Below, piece by piece: positions 50,924 through 61,440 of a DNA stretch of 64,000 bases; within the stretch, counting starts at the first letter, position 1; the number at the start of each line of letters is the position of its first letter. The notes under the pieces were generated by a model. It did no database searches, was not told the origin of the DNA, and saw only the letters and a list, made by a program, of their open reading frames with translations. A program made the position numbers and the translations under genes. The DNA is from Spirochaetaceae bacterium (GTDB taxonomy: Bacteria; Spirochaetota; Spirochaetia; DSM-2461): contig JAOPTT010000006.1 of NCBI GenBank assembly GCA_051531975.1, forward strand, positions 384,656 to 448,655, written 5' to 3'.

Positions 50924-51484
50924 ATGAAAAAATCTATTTTTTTAGTATTACTAATTTCAATATCAATTAATGCTTATTCAGAAATTCTGAAGATACATTT
51001 TTCTAATGAAGAGTTTGCTGAGAATACATATGTTATTAGATATAATCCAGATGATCAGAAATTAGTAGAACCATTACAATTGGAGTCACATAGGTATAAC
51101 TATTGCATCGAAGATAAAGATAAACAATATGTCATAAAATACATATTGTTTTCTGAAACCCCTGAAATTGAAAAGCATGATATTGAGTTTACAGTTTTAT
51201 CATCAACAGTGTTATTTAATATTCATGGTACTGATGAGTTCGAAAGTAATTCTACAATGTTCAAAGCTGAAGATGTAAAAAATGAATTTAACGCTGACAA
51301 AGGTTTTACTAATTTTGCATATGATATTAAGTCAGATTATGCTGGTGAATATAAATTTATTATGACAAATTTTTTATATAAAAAAGGTCTTGGTATTATG
51401 TGCCAAACTATTCAGTTTAATGATATGGAATTTGCTAAGACAGAGAAATTCTTTGAAATTTTCCATGGTTTTAATTTCTACTAA
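50924..51484 (+). CDS. Hypothetical exported protein
   Basis: MKKSIFLVLL signal peptide with AGGA RBS at 50924. Confidence 0.7.
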   Translation: MKKSIFLVLLISISINAYSEILKIHFSNEEFAENTYVIRYNPDDQKLVEPLQLESHRYNYCIEDKDKQYVIKYILFSETPEIEKHDIEFTVLSSTVLFNIHGTDEFESNSTMFKAEDVKNEFNADKGFTNFAYDIKSDYAGEYKFIMTNFLYKKGLGIMCQTIQFNDMEFAKTEKFFEIFHGFNFY

Positions 51485-51598
51485 CAAGAATATATTAGCT
51501 ATGTCAATTTACCTTGTTACTAAGCTAAATTTACGATTACTTAGTATTGTTCAAAAGATAATTAATTATAATAATGTAGACTACAAGTAGGAGTTTCT

Positions 51599-52120
51599 AT
51601 GTATACTGAATACCAAAATAAAGAAATTAAAAAAATGAATATGATTCTTAACTTTACTTGGATTGGGAGCTTTATAGTTAACTTCTTTTATTTCAATATT
51701 GTATCAAACAGGACAGATATAAATAGCCAATTTAATATTGAAATTTTTAAGGAGGATATTGTTATCATTTACTTAATAATTATCTTAATTTCTCTGTTTA
51801 TCTCATTAACTCTTTATAAAAGGTTATTCAGTGATAAACATTTTATAGATTCCAAATTTTCAAAATTACTTCAGAGCTATCAACAAAATTCAGATAGGAT
51901 TGTAACAAATTCAGAAACTAAAATTAAAGTTGACCTAACTGTCATCTATACAAGTTATACGATCTGTTTAGGACTAATACATTCAGCATCATTATACGGA
52001 CTTGTTTCATCAATAAATTTAGAAACTCCGTATCCATTTTATCTGTTTATCTTGATATCATTAACAGGTACAGTTTTATTAAAACCAAAATTAAAAAATC
52101 TTATTGAACTAGTAGGTTAA
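51599..52120 (+). CDS. Hypothetical membrane protein
   Basis: About four TM helices, AGGAG RBS. Confidence 0.7.
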   Translation: MYTEYQNKEIKKMNMILNFTWIGSFIVNFFYFNIVSNRTDINSQFNIEIFKEDIVIIYLIIILISLFISLTLYKRLFSDKHFIDSKFSKLLQSYQQNSDRIVTNSETKIKVDLTVIYTSYTICLGLIHSASLYGLVSSINLETPYPFYLFILISLTGTVLLKPKLKNLIELVG

Positions 52121-52264
52121 TCTTACACACTCACCTACTAGACAAAATAAATCGATAGAATCGAGTTGGGCTTTCTCGCATTTCTTGCTTGTGATAAATA
52201 ACAATAACCTGATAATATTAAAAACTTATTAACATTTTTTAATGTATTTATAAATGGAGAAACT

Positions 52265-53131
52265 ATGAAAAAATTATTCTTAATATCACTACTATTAATA
52301 TTTACAACCTTATATTCAAATAACTCTGATCAAGAGAAATATCAGAAACTTCTTCAAAGTAATAAGATGGATGAACTGTTTACTCACCTACAAGAATGGG
52401 ATAAAAATAGTGAAAAAGATGTAGAATTATATATCGCTTACTTTAATTATTATCTGAGACTTGGACAATCATCTAAAACAATTATAGGACCTCTTGGAGA
52501 AGGAGGTTATGGTTTATATGAAAAGCAATTTTATGATAAAAAACCGACTGAAGTAGCCTTACATTATCTTGATGAAGCTTTAGTATTCGCTCCAAATAGG
52601 TTAGATATTCACTTTGGTAAGTCAAATATATTAGCTCAAACTTATCAGTATGAGAAACTAAGGGATTCAATACTTATTTATCTTAATTATTCTAAAGATA
52701 TTAAAAGTGATTGGTTATGGGCGAATAATAATAGTTTCAAAAAACATGGTTGGAATGTTGAGGACGCAATGATAAGTTCTACAACTGATTATATAAATTA
52801 TATGTTTGAGTATTTTGATAATAGTAAAATCTATATCAAAGATATAGTTGAAGCTTATTTGGATATATATCCTCAAAATATTACAGGATTAAATGTTGCA
52901 GCTCGATATTATGACCTTAATGATGATATTACAACTAAGATAATGTTATTAGAAAAAGCGTATAAAATAGATCCATCAGATTATATTATTATTGGAAATT
53001 TAGCATATACGTTTGAAAATATAAAAGATTATGACAACGCGAGATTTTATTATAATCTGATGTCTGAAATTGATAATGAAAGTTCGAAAAAATATGCAAC
53101 AGATGGATTAAAAAGAATAGAGAATAAATAA
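52265..53131 (+). CDS. Exported TPR-containing protein
   Basis: Signal peptide; PNRLDIHFGK and KAYKIDPSDYIIIGNLAY TPR-like helices. Confidence 0.75.
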   Translation: MKKLFLISLLLIFTTLYSNNSDQEKYQKLLQSNKMDELFTHLQEWDKNSEKDVELYIAYFNYYLRLGQSSKTIIGPLGEGGYGLYEKQFYDKKPTEVALHYLDEALVFAPNRLDIHFGKSNILAQTYQYEKLRDSILIYLNYSKDIKSDWLWANNNSFKKHGWNVEDAMISSTTDYINYMFEYFDNSKIYIKDIVEAYLDIYPQNITGLNVAARYYDLNDDITTKIMLLEKAYKIDPSDYIIIGNLAYTFENIKDYDNARFYYNLMSEIDNESSKKYATDGLKRIENK

Positions 53132-53231
53132 TAATTGTAGGTAGTTAAATGCTTTACCCCAAAGATTGTCTAGACTAAGAATAACATACCATTATATAGA
53201 TATTAGTATTTAGATGTTTTATATTAGTTAT

Positions 53232-54194
53232 ATGAAAAATATATCAATATTTATAATTCTAATGGTTTCAAATAGTCTCTTTTCTGATAACTTACCTACT
53301 TCATTTCCTGTTAAAGGTTATTATAGGATTACTTTAGCATACGGTAATCAAAAAGAACCTTTTACAGGTAAGAAGTTTTTTCATGATTCAATAGATATCG
53401 CTGCTTATCGAGGAGCTGTTATTTTAGCAAGTGGAGATGGAGTTGTAGAAGAAATTGGAGTTAATACTAAATATCTTGGTAATTATATTCTAATCAATCA
53501 CAACAATGGTTTTAAAACTAGATATGACCATCTAGAGGATGTTTTAGTAATAAAGAATCAGGAAGTGAATAAAAAAGAAGTTATTGGAACAATGGGTAGT
53601 TCTGGAAGATCAACTGGACCACATCTAGGTTATTCTGTTGTAAATAATACTATTCCAATTAACCCAGAGTTTTTATGGAGTATAAAATTTAATAATGATA
53701 TAAATATAATATTTGATAACATAGCAGAACTAGAAGGATCCCAAAATCTATATAGTGATTATATAATTGAAAATGATGATATTTTTATATTTAAAGATTC
53801 CAATATTATAGATGTTGAAGAAATATTATCAAATAATGTAGATCCAAATAAAATGGGTATTATAGTCCATAAAAATAAGATTGGTGATATTACTTCTATA
53901 GAATTACAAAATGATCTGTATATGACTAATAGAAATATACAGATAGGTAGTTCAATTCTTGAAGTTTTACAAAATTATGGGAAATCATATTTTATTAAAT
54001 CGGTAGAAAATCGTAGTAATGACTTTTTATTAAGATCAGCTGGTTTTAATTATATTAAAGATGATTGCAAGATAACTTCTATGTCCTACATCATAAAAGA
54101 AGCTATAACAGTTGATGATTATGAGTTAAGACTAAACTTCATTTTTGAAAACTCTAGAGTTCAACAGATTCATTATTATAAATATGTAAATTGA
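53232..54194 (+). CDS. Exported M23-family metallopeptidase with a C-terminal extension
   Basis: FHDSIDIAA (HxxxD), TRYDHL, GTMGSSGRSTGPHLGY; the HxH motif reads HLG. Confidence 0.8.
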   Translation: MKNISIFIILMVSNSLFSDNLPTSFPVKGYYRITLAYGNQKEPFTGKKFFHDSIDIAAYRGAVILASGDGVVEEIGVNTKYLGNYILINHNNGFKTRYDHLEDVLVIKNQEVNKKEVIGTMGSSGRSTGPHLGYSVVNNTIPINPEFLWSIKFNNDINIIFDNIAELEGSQNLYSDYIIENDDIFIFKDSNIIDVEEILSNNVDPNKMGIIVHKNKIGDITSIELQNDLYMTNRNIQIGSSILEVLQNYGKSYFIKSVENRSNDFLLRSAGFNYIKDDCKITSMSYIIKEAITVDDYELRLNFIFENSRVQQIHYYKYVN

Positions 54195-54364
54195 ATATAG
54201 ATATAATATTGATTTTAATGATGAGTATATGAAGAAGCTTGAATCTGATGGAAGTTATTATTAGAAATATTTTTACTCTTATTAGATGATATCTAGAACA
54301 TTGATTAATAATAAAATAGTAACCATATCTATTCTGATATGGTAAAGTATAAAAGAGGTTAAAT

Positions 54365-54850
54365 ATGATAAAAAAGAACTTTGTTTTTATATTTGTTTTA
54401 ATGATAATTACTACAGATTTAATATTTTCTGGAGACTTTTTAAGAGTAAATTATAAAAAGCAATCGTTAGCATATAATGAATCAAAATATTTCACGATTG
54501 AAATAGAAAATCAATTTACAGAATCTATCGAGGACATTTCAATTATCGTACTAGATGATGATGTATTTAAAGTTGAAATATTAGATGAAAATGATTTTTC
54601 ACTATTCCCTAAAGAAGATTATACCGTTGGAATAAATATCGTTTCAGAAAAGAAAACATTATTTACTGAAAGTAGATCTATACTACTTGAAATAGAGACA
54701 GATAAAAAAAATATACAAAAAAGAGTCTATATAAATATTATTGCTGCTCCATACATTTGGCCAATTTGGGGAATACTGCTAGGGACAATAATGATCATGG
54801 TAATAATATTTGTTTACCGTAAATTAGAAAAAGGAGAAAGCCGTGATTGA
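54365..54850 (+). CDS. Hypothetical protein with signal peptide and C-terminal TM anchor
   Basis: GAGG RBS; hydrophobic N- and C-terminal segments; overlaps the next gene. Confidence 0.7.
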   Translation: MIKKNFVFIFVLMIITTDLIFSGDFLRVNYKKQSLAYNESKYFTIEIENQFTESIEDISIIVLDDDVFKVEILDENDFSLFPKEDYTVGINIVSEKKTLFTESRSILLEIETDKKNIQKRVYINIIAAPYIWPIWGILLGTIMIMVIIFVYRKLEKGESRD

Positions 54851-55241
54851 AAAGGTACATGAACATATATTAGAGGAACTAAAAATTAATGCACGAGCAG
54901 ATACACATTTTATTCTAGCAGCCATTACTCTTAACTTAATAACACTAGCAATCAATTCGTCCATATCAGGAACTGAGTTTAAAAATGTAATAACCATGAT
55001 AATTTTTTCCTTTTTAACAATAGTAATAAGTATTATAGCTGAGATTGGATTAATTAAAGGTCGCCAAGCAAGTCGTAAATTATTAATTGGTTTAATTGAT
55101 ATATACAAAGATAATGATGTATCTAAATACTACAACGTAACATTATTAGATCATTATAAATCGAGATATAATTTATTTATTATTATAATATTATTTACAG
55201 GAATAATTTCAGTTATTGTACCATTTATAAATATTAACTAA
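54843..55241 (+). CDS. Small hypothetical membrane protein
   Basis: GTG start with AGGAG RBS; three TM helices. Confidence 0.7.
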   Translation: MIEKVHEHILEELKINARADTHFILAAITLNLITLAINSSISGTEFKNVITMIIFSFLTIVISIIAEIGLIKGRQASRKLLIGLIDIYKDNDVSKYYNVTLLDHYKSRYNLFIIIILFTGIISVIVPFININ

Positions 55242-55326
55242 ATAAAACAGCTTGATGGATGTTAGTAAATTTATAAATTAGTAGAAATCGGACCTCATCA
55301 TCTTCTTGATATGTTAAGAGATTATG
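55217..55326 (+). repeat. Duplicated gene-junction fragment, copy 1
   Basis: Exact 23-bp and 36-bp blocks shared with 58048-58146. Confidence 0.9.
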
Positions 55327-55484
55327 CATATAAGGACTCTACCTATCAATAGACAAACTTCTCCCTGATTTTTTACTTCTGTTATTTAAGTCTGCACAAT
55401 TTTTTGATCAATAAATTAAAATATATTCTAAATCTCATCAGGTTTCAATCTCTACTTTTTTGATGTTTATGATATAATTAAAGT

Positions 55485-56183
55485 ATGAACAAAATAATTA
55501 TTAAAATATTGTTTATAATGTTTATATCAACCAATCCACTATTTACCGAAGAATTAAATATTGTTATACCATTTGAAAAGAGTACTACATTATATAAAAG
55601 GACAATGGTTTTATTTAAAGAAATTGAAAACCTCACTGAAGGTATTGAATTTAAATTTACTAATATCCCTTTCCTTCGCGCAAAAAGTCAACTTATAGCA
55701 GGTGATATTGATGGGGACTTTCCAAGATTCCGTAATGTTTATGAACCTTATAAGAATGTTATTATTATTGACCATCCTATACTAAATGCAGATTTTCACG
55801 GTTTTCATAAAAAAGAGCTTAATTATAGTGGAATTGAGTCTCTAAAGAACATCAGAGTAGTAATACTTAGAGGAAATGTTATTATGAAAAAATTTATTGA
55901 TGATAATGACCTTGAATCAATTTATGTTGATCAATCATCCCAAGGTATTAAAATGATAATTCATGGAAGAGCTGATTTTTTTATAACAAGTAAACAAACA
56001 TACTATGCCCTTTCAGATTCAGACAGGTATGAAAATTCAATTAAAATTTCTGGACCTCTTTTTTCAGAAGGTTTATACCTTTTTTTAAATTCAAAACATT
56101 TAAAATATGTATCTGAACTTGAGAAAGCTATTAAACAATTATCTGACTCAGGTCGTATTAAGCAGATCTATTCATTAAACTAA
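55485..56183 (+). CDS. Stand-alone substrate-binding protein (family 3/PBP2-like)
   Basis: Signal peptide; IPFLRA...GDIDGD..R, KMIIHGRADFFI, LYLFLNSKH. Confidence 0.8.
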   Translation: MNKIIIKILFIMFISTNPLFTEELNIVIPFEKSTTLYKRTMVLFKEIENLTEGIEFKFTNIPFLRAKSQLIAGDIDGDFPRFRNVYEPYKNVIIIDHPILNADFHGFHKKELNYSGIESLKNIRVVILRGNVIMKKFIDDNDLESIYVDQSSQGIKMIIHGRADFFITSKQTYYALSDSDRYENSIKISGPLFSEGLYLFLNSKHLKYVSELEKAIKQLSDSGRIKQIYSLN

Positions 56184-56277
56184 AATATAATATTTCCACG
56201 ATTCTTGATAATTATATATTAAATATCTATTGATATAGTTTGCTCATTTTTAACCTATCAATCAGAGTGGAAGATAA

Positions 56278-57870
56278 CTAAAAGTTCCTTGATTTATTAT
56301 TTAACTTTTTTATTCTTATAGATACTCCAACTACTAATAGATATAAAAGCAGTGAAAACAGAAAGATTCCAGCTCTATAATAGATAAGCAATAAATCTCT
56401 ATCTGTTTCAACAATATCAATTTCTATATGTGTTGATTGTTCTGCATCAATATAACCTGTAAAAAAGAAATTTATTGAGATCATTTCACTTATTTTAAGC
56501 TGCTCCTCTATCTCTTTAATATAACTATAACCATCTAGCTTATAGTCTGGTTTAAAAGGTTCATCAAAATATTCAATATATAACTGCTCTTTGTCCATTT
56601 CAAAACTATCGTCTGTAGTTGAAGGGTAGAATTTAATATAATTATTTGTATAAATGGCTTCAGTAATTGTTGAGCTTAATTGATTTTTTATAACATCTAC
56701 CTGATTCTCAATAAATGTATCAAGGTCTGTTTCTGCCTGGGGTATATCTACCCATAGCTCATTGTTTAAGTATCCATTCCACTGATTTAGAGCATCTAAA
56801 AAATTATCATCTTCTAAAAATAATAAGAAGTCACTTTTATGGAATTCTTTAGAGAAAGAGAAGTTCATTTCATCCATATAGTAATATTTTAGTGTATTAA
56901 ACATTAGAGTACCTTGTAACTCTTTTAACTTTTGTAATCGATAATATATTTGAGCCAAATCTAATTCAATACCGTTATTATCTGGTAGTAAGACTCTATA
57001 ACTCTGGACCATATCGTTAACTATAATAGAATCTATATTCTTGACCTGTATATACTGCCCTTTGGTAAAACTTTTTGTAAGTAATGACTCATAGCTATCT
57101 TCAACAATACTTTCTGAACTTATACTATAAACTGCTAGTAATTTATTTAATGACCAACCTCCTTCATATACCAATCCCGAAAGAAATAGGTTAAAAAAGA
57201 GAAAAATTGAAAGCATAACCCACTTCCCTCTCTTTTTTATATTTGAACCATCAATACTGTTATATCCCATATTAAGTGCTATTACACTTCCAGCATAACT
57301 CTCATATCCCTCTATAGAAACTTTATCGCCATCCTTCACCCTCCAATTCTTTGGTAAAGTAATTGAATATTCTCCCATATGAACAATGTTTGAAGTAGTA
57401 AATTTTTCAGCTGTACCTTCAAGTTTTAAGATCTTACCATTGTTCTTCTTATTAGAAGATTTTAAGAAAGTTAAAGTTGCAAGTAGTAGGAAAAATAGAG
57501 ATATATACCATGCATATATAGTGATATCTAACATCTGTATATATATTTCTCTATCTAAATTTAGTGATAAGTTTATGAGAGATCCTGTTATAAAAAGTGA
57601 TGATAAAAACCTTATATTAAACGATACGTACTGAGTCTCATTCTTTGTTAAATCTCTTATAACAGTTGTAACATTGATATCTTCATTTTCTTCATCTTCA
57701 TAATCATCATCTTCTTCTAATGTGGAATAATCTTCTTGGACATCTTTTTTAGTACTTTTATCTTTATTTTTAAGATGCTGGATAGCACCGTTAAATGACC
57801 CAGTTTTTTTATATGCTTTAGCAAAAGATATTAAAACAACAATAAATATAAATAATATGATCTCTAACAT
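56278..57870 (-). CDS. Hypothetical multi-pass membrane protein
   Basis: 530-aa ORF with about five TM helices and an acidic cytoplasmic stretch; GGAG RBS. Confidence 0.7.
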   Translation of the reverse strand: MLEIILFIFIVVLISFAKAYKKTGSFNGAIQHLKNKDKSTKKDVQEDYSTLEEDDDYEDEENEDINVTTVIRDLTKNETQYVSFNIRFLSSLFITGSLINLSLNLDREIYIQMLDITIYAWYISLFFLLLATLTFLKSSNKKNNGKILKLEGTAEKFTTSNIVHMGEYSITLPKNWRVKDGDKVSIEGYESYAGSVIALNMGYNSIDGSNIKKRGKWVMLSIFLFFNLFLSGLVYEGGWSLNKLLAVYSISSESIVEDSYESLLTKSFTKGQYIQVKNIDSIIVNDMVQSYRVLLPDNNGIELDLAQIYYRLQKLKELQGTLMFNTLKYYYMDEMNFSFSKEFHKSDFLLFLEDDNFLDALNQWNGYLNNELWVDIPQAETDLDTFIENQVDVIKNQLSSTITEAIYTNNYIKFYPSTTDDSFEMDKEQLYIEYFDEPFKPDYKLDGYSYIKEIEEQLKISEMISINFFFTGYIDAEQSTHIEIDIVETDRDLLLIYYRAGIFLFSLLLYLLVVGVSIRIKKLNNKSRNF

Positions 57871-58047
57871 TCTGAATTTCTCCGATTAAATGATTTTGAC
57901 ATGTTATATAAATATAGAACCTATACTAAGACATTACAACAAAGTGTTCATCATCAATTTTACAAAAATTACTGTATCAAACTGATTCATATCATTAGGA
58001 TACCCAATTCACACTAATTTTTAAAGGTGACTAAATGTGATATAGAC

Positions 58048-58146
58048 TGTACCATTTATAAATATTAACTTAATGGATGTTAACAAAAATGAATAATACA
58101 GTAAAAATCAGACCTCATCATCTTCTTGATATGTTAAGAGATTATG
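58048..58146 (+). repeat. Duplicated gene-junction fragment, copy 2
   Basis: Shares exact blocks with 55217-55326. Confidence 0.9.
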
Positions 58147-58532
58147 GTAATAAAGTAGTACATCACACTCACCCATTTGGTGCTTCTGTAAAAGAGGTTA
58201 CCAATATAGTAATGAGTTCAACAGAATCATTTGTGATGGTTCCAAGAGTTGATTCTATCTGTGAAACTTGTAGCATGTTAGAAGATGAAATCTGCCAGGC
58301 TAAGATAAGAGAAGATCTTTTAATGAGTGAATATAACGATGACCTAGATGATAAACTGTTTCAAGTTATGAAGCTTAAACCATTTATGAAGTTAACATTG
58401 CTAGATTTTACACTAATTATTGATGGAATGCTTGATACAATACTGGAGCAGTTTACAAGCCCTGATAATAATAAAGGACTTAGATATATTGGTACAAAAA
58501 AAGCTATTAGTGATATCTTATATAATAATTAA
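58077..58532 (+). CDS. DUF1284-like metal-binding protein
   Basis: IRPHHLLD and DSICETC...C...D motifs. Confidence 0.65.
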   Translation: MLTKMNNTVKIRPHHLLDMLRDYGNKVVHHTHPFGASVKEVTNIVMSSTESFVMVPRVDSICETCSMLEDEICQAKIREDLLMSEYNDDLDDKLFQVMKLKPFMKLTLLDFTLIIDGMLDTILEQFTSPDNNKGLRYIGTKKAISDILYNN

Positions 58533-58548
58533 AATATAAGTCTTGGAC

Positions 58549-59424
58549 CTACTCTATATTTTTTGAATGAAAATAAGGTTTGCATGCTTCTAATAATTCT
58601 ATTCTTCTATAAATACCTACTTTTTTGAATATATTATTAAAGTGTTGCTTAATTGAAGGAACAGAAACATTAAAGTGGAAAGCTAGTTCTTTATTGGTAG
58701 AGTTCTTTTCACAGAAGTACTCTATAAGACTATATTCTCTAATTGTAAAATCAAAGTCATCAAGATTAATACTGTTGCTATAATATAGTTTTATTTTATC
58801 ATCATTATTTTTTAGCTCTTCTGATAATTCTAACATCTGTTGTTTTAGATCAATCTTTTGTTGGTTTAGAAATACTATTTCAGATTTTAATTTTTTATCA
58901 TTTTGAATAATTTTAAAAAATTCATCCTTAAATAATATAAATAAAAACAGTATAAAAAAACATAGAAAAATGAAAACACTTAAAAGATCAGTTTCTGATA
59001 GGGATTTATCTCTTAAAATTGAAATTTCAATAATAGAAAAAATATAAATTATAGTTAACAACGATTTTATAATAATTTTTCTCTTAAAAAAGTTATATTT
59101 ATAAAGAAGTAATGTCATTATTATATATAAGTTTAATCCATAAAATGAATTATATAATACTAATATTGCAGCTGTAGAATAAAGCAGTAGTGGTACTATG
59201 TGGAATATTTTAATTATATAATATGTCTTATTAAAAGTTAGGATAAAAAATACAACAAAGAATATTACAGGATAGACAGTAATTGAACTAATTATTTCAA
59301 TAAAACTCATTTTTCTTGTAATAATCCCTGCAACTATATTTAAACATATAGTTAAAATACCAATTATAATATATAGAAGAGAAATTCTTTGTTGTATTTT
59401 ATATTTTGAAACTATATTGCCCAA
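58549..59424 (-). CDS. Membrane-bound LuxR-type HTH regulator
   Basis: About five TM helices, a coiled coil, then FTIRE...TNKELAFHFNVSVPSIKQHFNNIFKKVGI.RR.EL. Confidence 0.8.
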   Translation of the reverse strand: MGNIVSKYKIQQRISLLYIIIGILTICLNIVAGIITRKMSFIEIISSITVYPVIFFVVFFILTFNKTYYIIKIFHIVPLLLYSTAAILVLYNSFYGLNLYIIMTLLLYKYNFFKRKIIIKSLLTIIYIFSIIEISILRDKSLSETDLLSVFIFLCFFILFLFILFKDEFFKIIQNDKKLKSEIVFLNQQKIDLKQQMLELSEELKNNDDKIKLYYSNSINLDDFDFTIREYSLIEYFCEKNSTNKELAFHFNVSVPSIKQHFNNIFKKVGIYRRIELLEACKPYFHSKNIE

Positions 59425-59978
59425 GGTTCTTCTGTAGCTCCATCAGTATCTAATATTTTATCCATTTCAGTACATATTATACTGTTATTCTCTTTGATTA
59501 TATCTGCTTTTATAGTCTCATAATTCCAAATTGAACTACTTAGAGGATTGTACTTGTTAGTGATTCTATCTACATCTAAATCTCTTTTATAGTCCGATAC
59601 CATTGCTAAGATTAGTAAGTTCATACCTTTTTGAATAATGTTTTTATCACCACCATCAAAATGGTTAATAACATCTAACCTCTTTTCTAGATATTCATTG
59701 TCTGAAAAATTGTGAATAAATAACTCTTTCCCTGAAGTTGCAGCTATTAAAAAAGCACTCATGTTCATCACTGCAGTTCTTGATGGATTATTACTGTTTG
59801 CTAAAAAAGGAATCATTCCAATTAATTTAAATATTTTATTTTTTAATAATTTATTTTCTACCTTTGCTGAGTAATTGAATTGCTTAGTTACAATGTTTAC
59901 TAATTCAATCCATTTATCCTCTAATACTACATTTGAAATCTGATTGTTGTTAATTTTACATGTATTTTCTTTTGTCAT
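59412..59978 (-). CDS. Hypothetical protein co-transcribed with the membrane LuxR gene
   Basis: AGGAG RBS; overlaps the downstream start; LIGMIPFLA and KYNPL..G/SIW motifs. Confidence 0.7.
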   Translation of the reverse strand: MTKENTCKINNNQISNVVLEDKWIELVNIVTKQFNYSAKVENKLLKNKIFKLIGMIPFLANSNNPSRTAVMNMSAFLIAATSGKELFIHNFSDNEYLEKRLDVINHFDGGDKNIIQKGMNLLILAMVSDYKRDLDVDRITNKYNPLSSSIWNYETIKADIIKENNSIICTEMDKILDTDGATEEPWAI

Positions 59979-60173
59979 CTAATAATCTCCTAAAAAAATA
60001 CTACCATAGCAATTTAAATAATAGTATATAAAACGTATGATGAATTTTCATCATTCTCCATAACTTGTTTTGTGGTATTAAGTTATGAACAACATAACTT
60101 TGGTTATGTTACCATTAGAATGTATTTTTAGTCCATTAAAGCTTAATTATAACTTAAGATATGTAGAACGATA

Positions 60174-60551
60174 ATGAAAACAAGTATATTTAAACGTAAA
60201 AATATATACAAGGTTTTAGTAATAATGTCTAAGAAAACTTTTGGTATAAGTTCACATCAAATCTTATTAATTATCATGATAATGATCGTTAGCACTATTG
60301 AAGGTGAAGAGAAAGTTAAACTAGAAAGTGGTAAGACAGCTATTCTATATGATGATAAGACTTGGGCTATTATGGATTTTAACGACTTAAGTATTAATGA
60401 TCTAAATAGTAAAAATAAGTCTAAATTACGTAAGAATATAGAAGCTACTGAATCTGAAATTGTAATTGCGTGTGAAATGTTTGAACAGGGTTGGCTCTAT
60501 ACTATGCCTACTCCTAAAAGTTCTAAAGCTGTATGGGAAATCAGACGGTAG
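60174..60551 (+). CDS. Hypothetical exported protein, possibly truncated
   Basis: Hydrophobic leader, LESGKTAILYDDKTW; ends abruptly next to the TA module. Confidence 0.45.
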   Translation: MKTSIFKRKNIYKVLVIMSKKTFGISSHQILLIIMIMIVSTIEGEEKVKLESGKTAILYDDKTWAIMDFNDLSINDLNSKNKSKLRKNIEATESEIVIACEMFEQGWLYTMPTPKSSKAVWEIRR

Positions 60552-60627
60552 AAGCCACCTATAACATAATCCGTTTGCTCTATTATTTATTTATCTTACT
60601 CTCTAGATCAATGTATGAAAAGAGCTT

Positions 60628-60918
60628 TTATATTCGATCTTTCCAATATTCTGGATCTCTATGAAGATGCATAACTCCCAAAATTAATAATTCATCTTCT
60701 GTATGAGAATAAATTACACCATATGGAAATCTATTTGTTCGTGCTCTTCTAGTATTAAGGGATAAATTTGCCCATGCTTCTGGAAAATCTAGAATTCTCT
60801 TTATTGTACGTTTTACTTCATTTGCAAACTCGAACCCTAGACCTTCACTCTGTTCATTAAAATATGAAACAGCATCATTTAATTCAAGCTCTGAAACTCT
60901 TAAAAAGTTTACTTTCAT
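60628..60918 (-). CDS. RelE/ParE-family type II toxin
   Basis: ELNDAVSYF..QS.GLG.EF...RRA...RFPY.VIY...ILGVMH..R.P.YW. Confidence 0.9.
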   Translation of the reverse strand: MKVNFLRVSELELNDAVSYFNEQSEGLGFEFANEVKRTIKRILDFPEAWANLSLNTRRARTNRFPYGVIYSHTEDELLILGVMHLHRDPEYWKDRI

Positions 60919-60919
60919 A

Positions 60920-61141
60920 TTAAATATCTAACGATGAAAATACATCTTCCATTGAGACTTTTTCAATAAGACCATTCTTGGAAGCTTCTAATCTGTTTTC
61001 AGCTTCTACAGCCCACTTAGCATCTATATCTGCCCTACCTTTGTAGTTAAAGCTGGATAAAAGTAGCTCTACTAATTGTGCTTTATCTAGCGGTGATAAG
61101 TTAACAGCTTCTTTATACAGTTCATCTCTTGAAATTACCAT
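60920..61141 (-). CDS. Addiction-module antitoxin
   Basis: LSPLDKAQLVELLLSS...IDAKWAVEAENRL; directly upstream of the toxin; GAGG RBS before the ATG at 61141. Confidence 0.88.
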   Translation of the reverse strand: MVISRDELYKEAVNLSPLDKAQLVELLLSSFNYKGRADIDAKWAVEAENRLEASKNGLIEKVSMEDVFSSLDI

Positions 61142-61332
61142 AACAACCTCTTTTGGTTTAATCTTATCAGAATAAAAATACATAGTCAAAAACGAACTAC
61201 CTAATTTCTTTCCTTTCTAAATATCATCCTATTTTAAATACTCTTTTCTGTCTTTTAATTTCTTTAACTGTTATGGCCAAGAAATTAAGACACAAATGTT
61301 GCTTCCATTAATCTTATAAAGAATTCTTGGGT

Positions 61333-61392
61333 AAGTCCTGTTGGGTCATACCATCTGGTATTGTAGTAATATAAGCCTATTTACTGATCCCA
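61333..61392 (-). pseudogene. RHS repeat-associated core remnant
   Basis: Minus-strand translation WDQ*IGLYYYNTRWYDPTGL. Confidence 0.6.
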
Positions 61393-61440
61393 GAATATTC
61401 AATCGCCTACTTTCTTATGTCTAAATATTTTAGTATATTT

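Noticed and set aside
50815..60627. Integron attC sites between the small genes (e.g. ctaacaag...cttgttac at about 51481-51520; also ctacaac at about 37161)
   Set aside because: Only isolated partial matches, no recurring R''/R' structure, and no integrase in the window.
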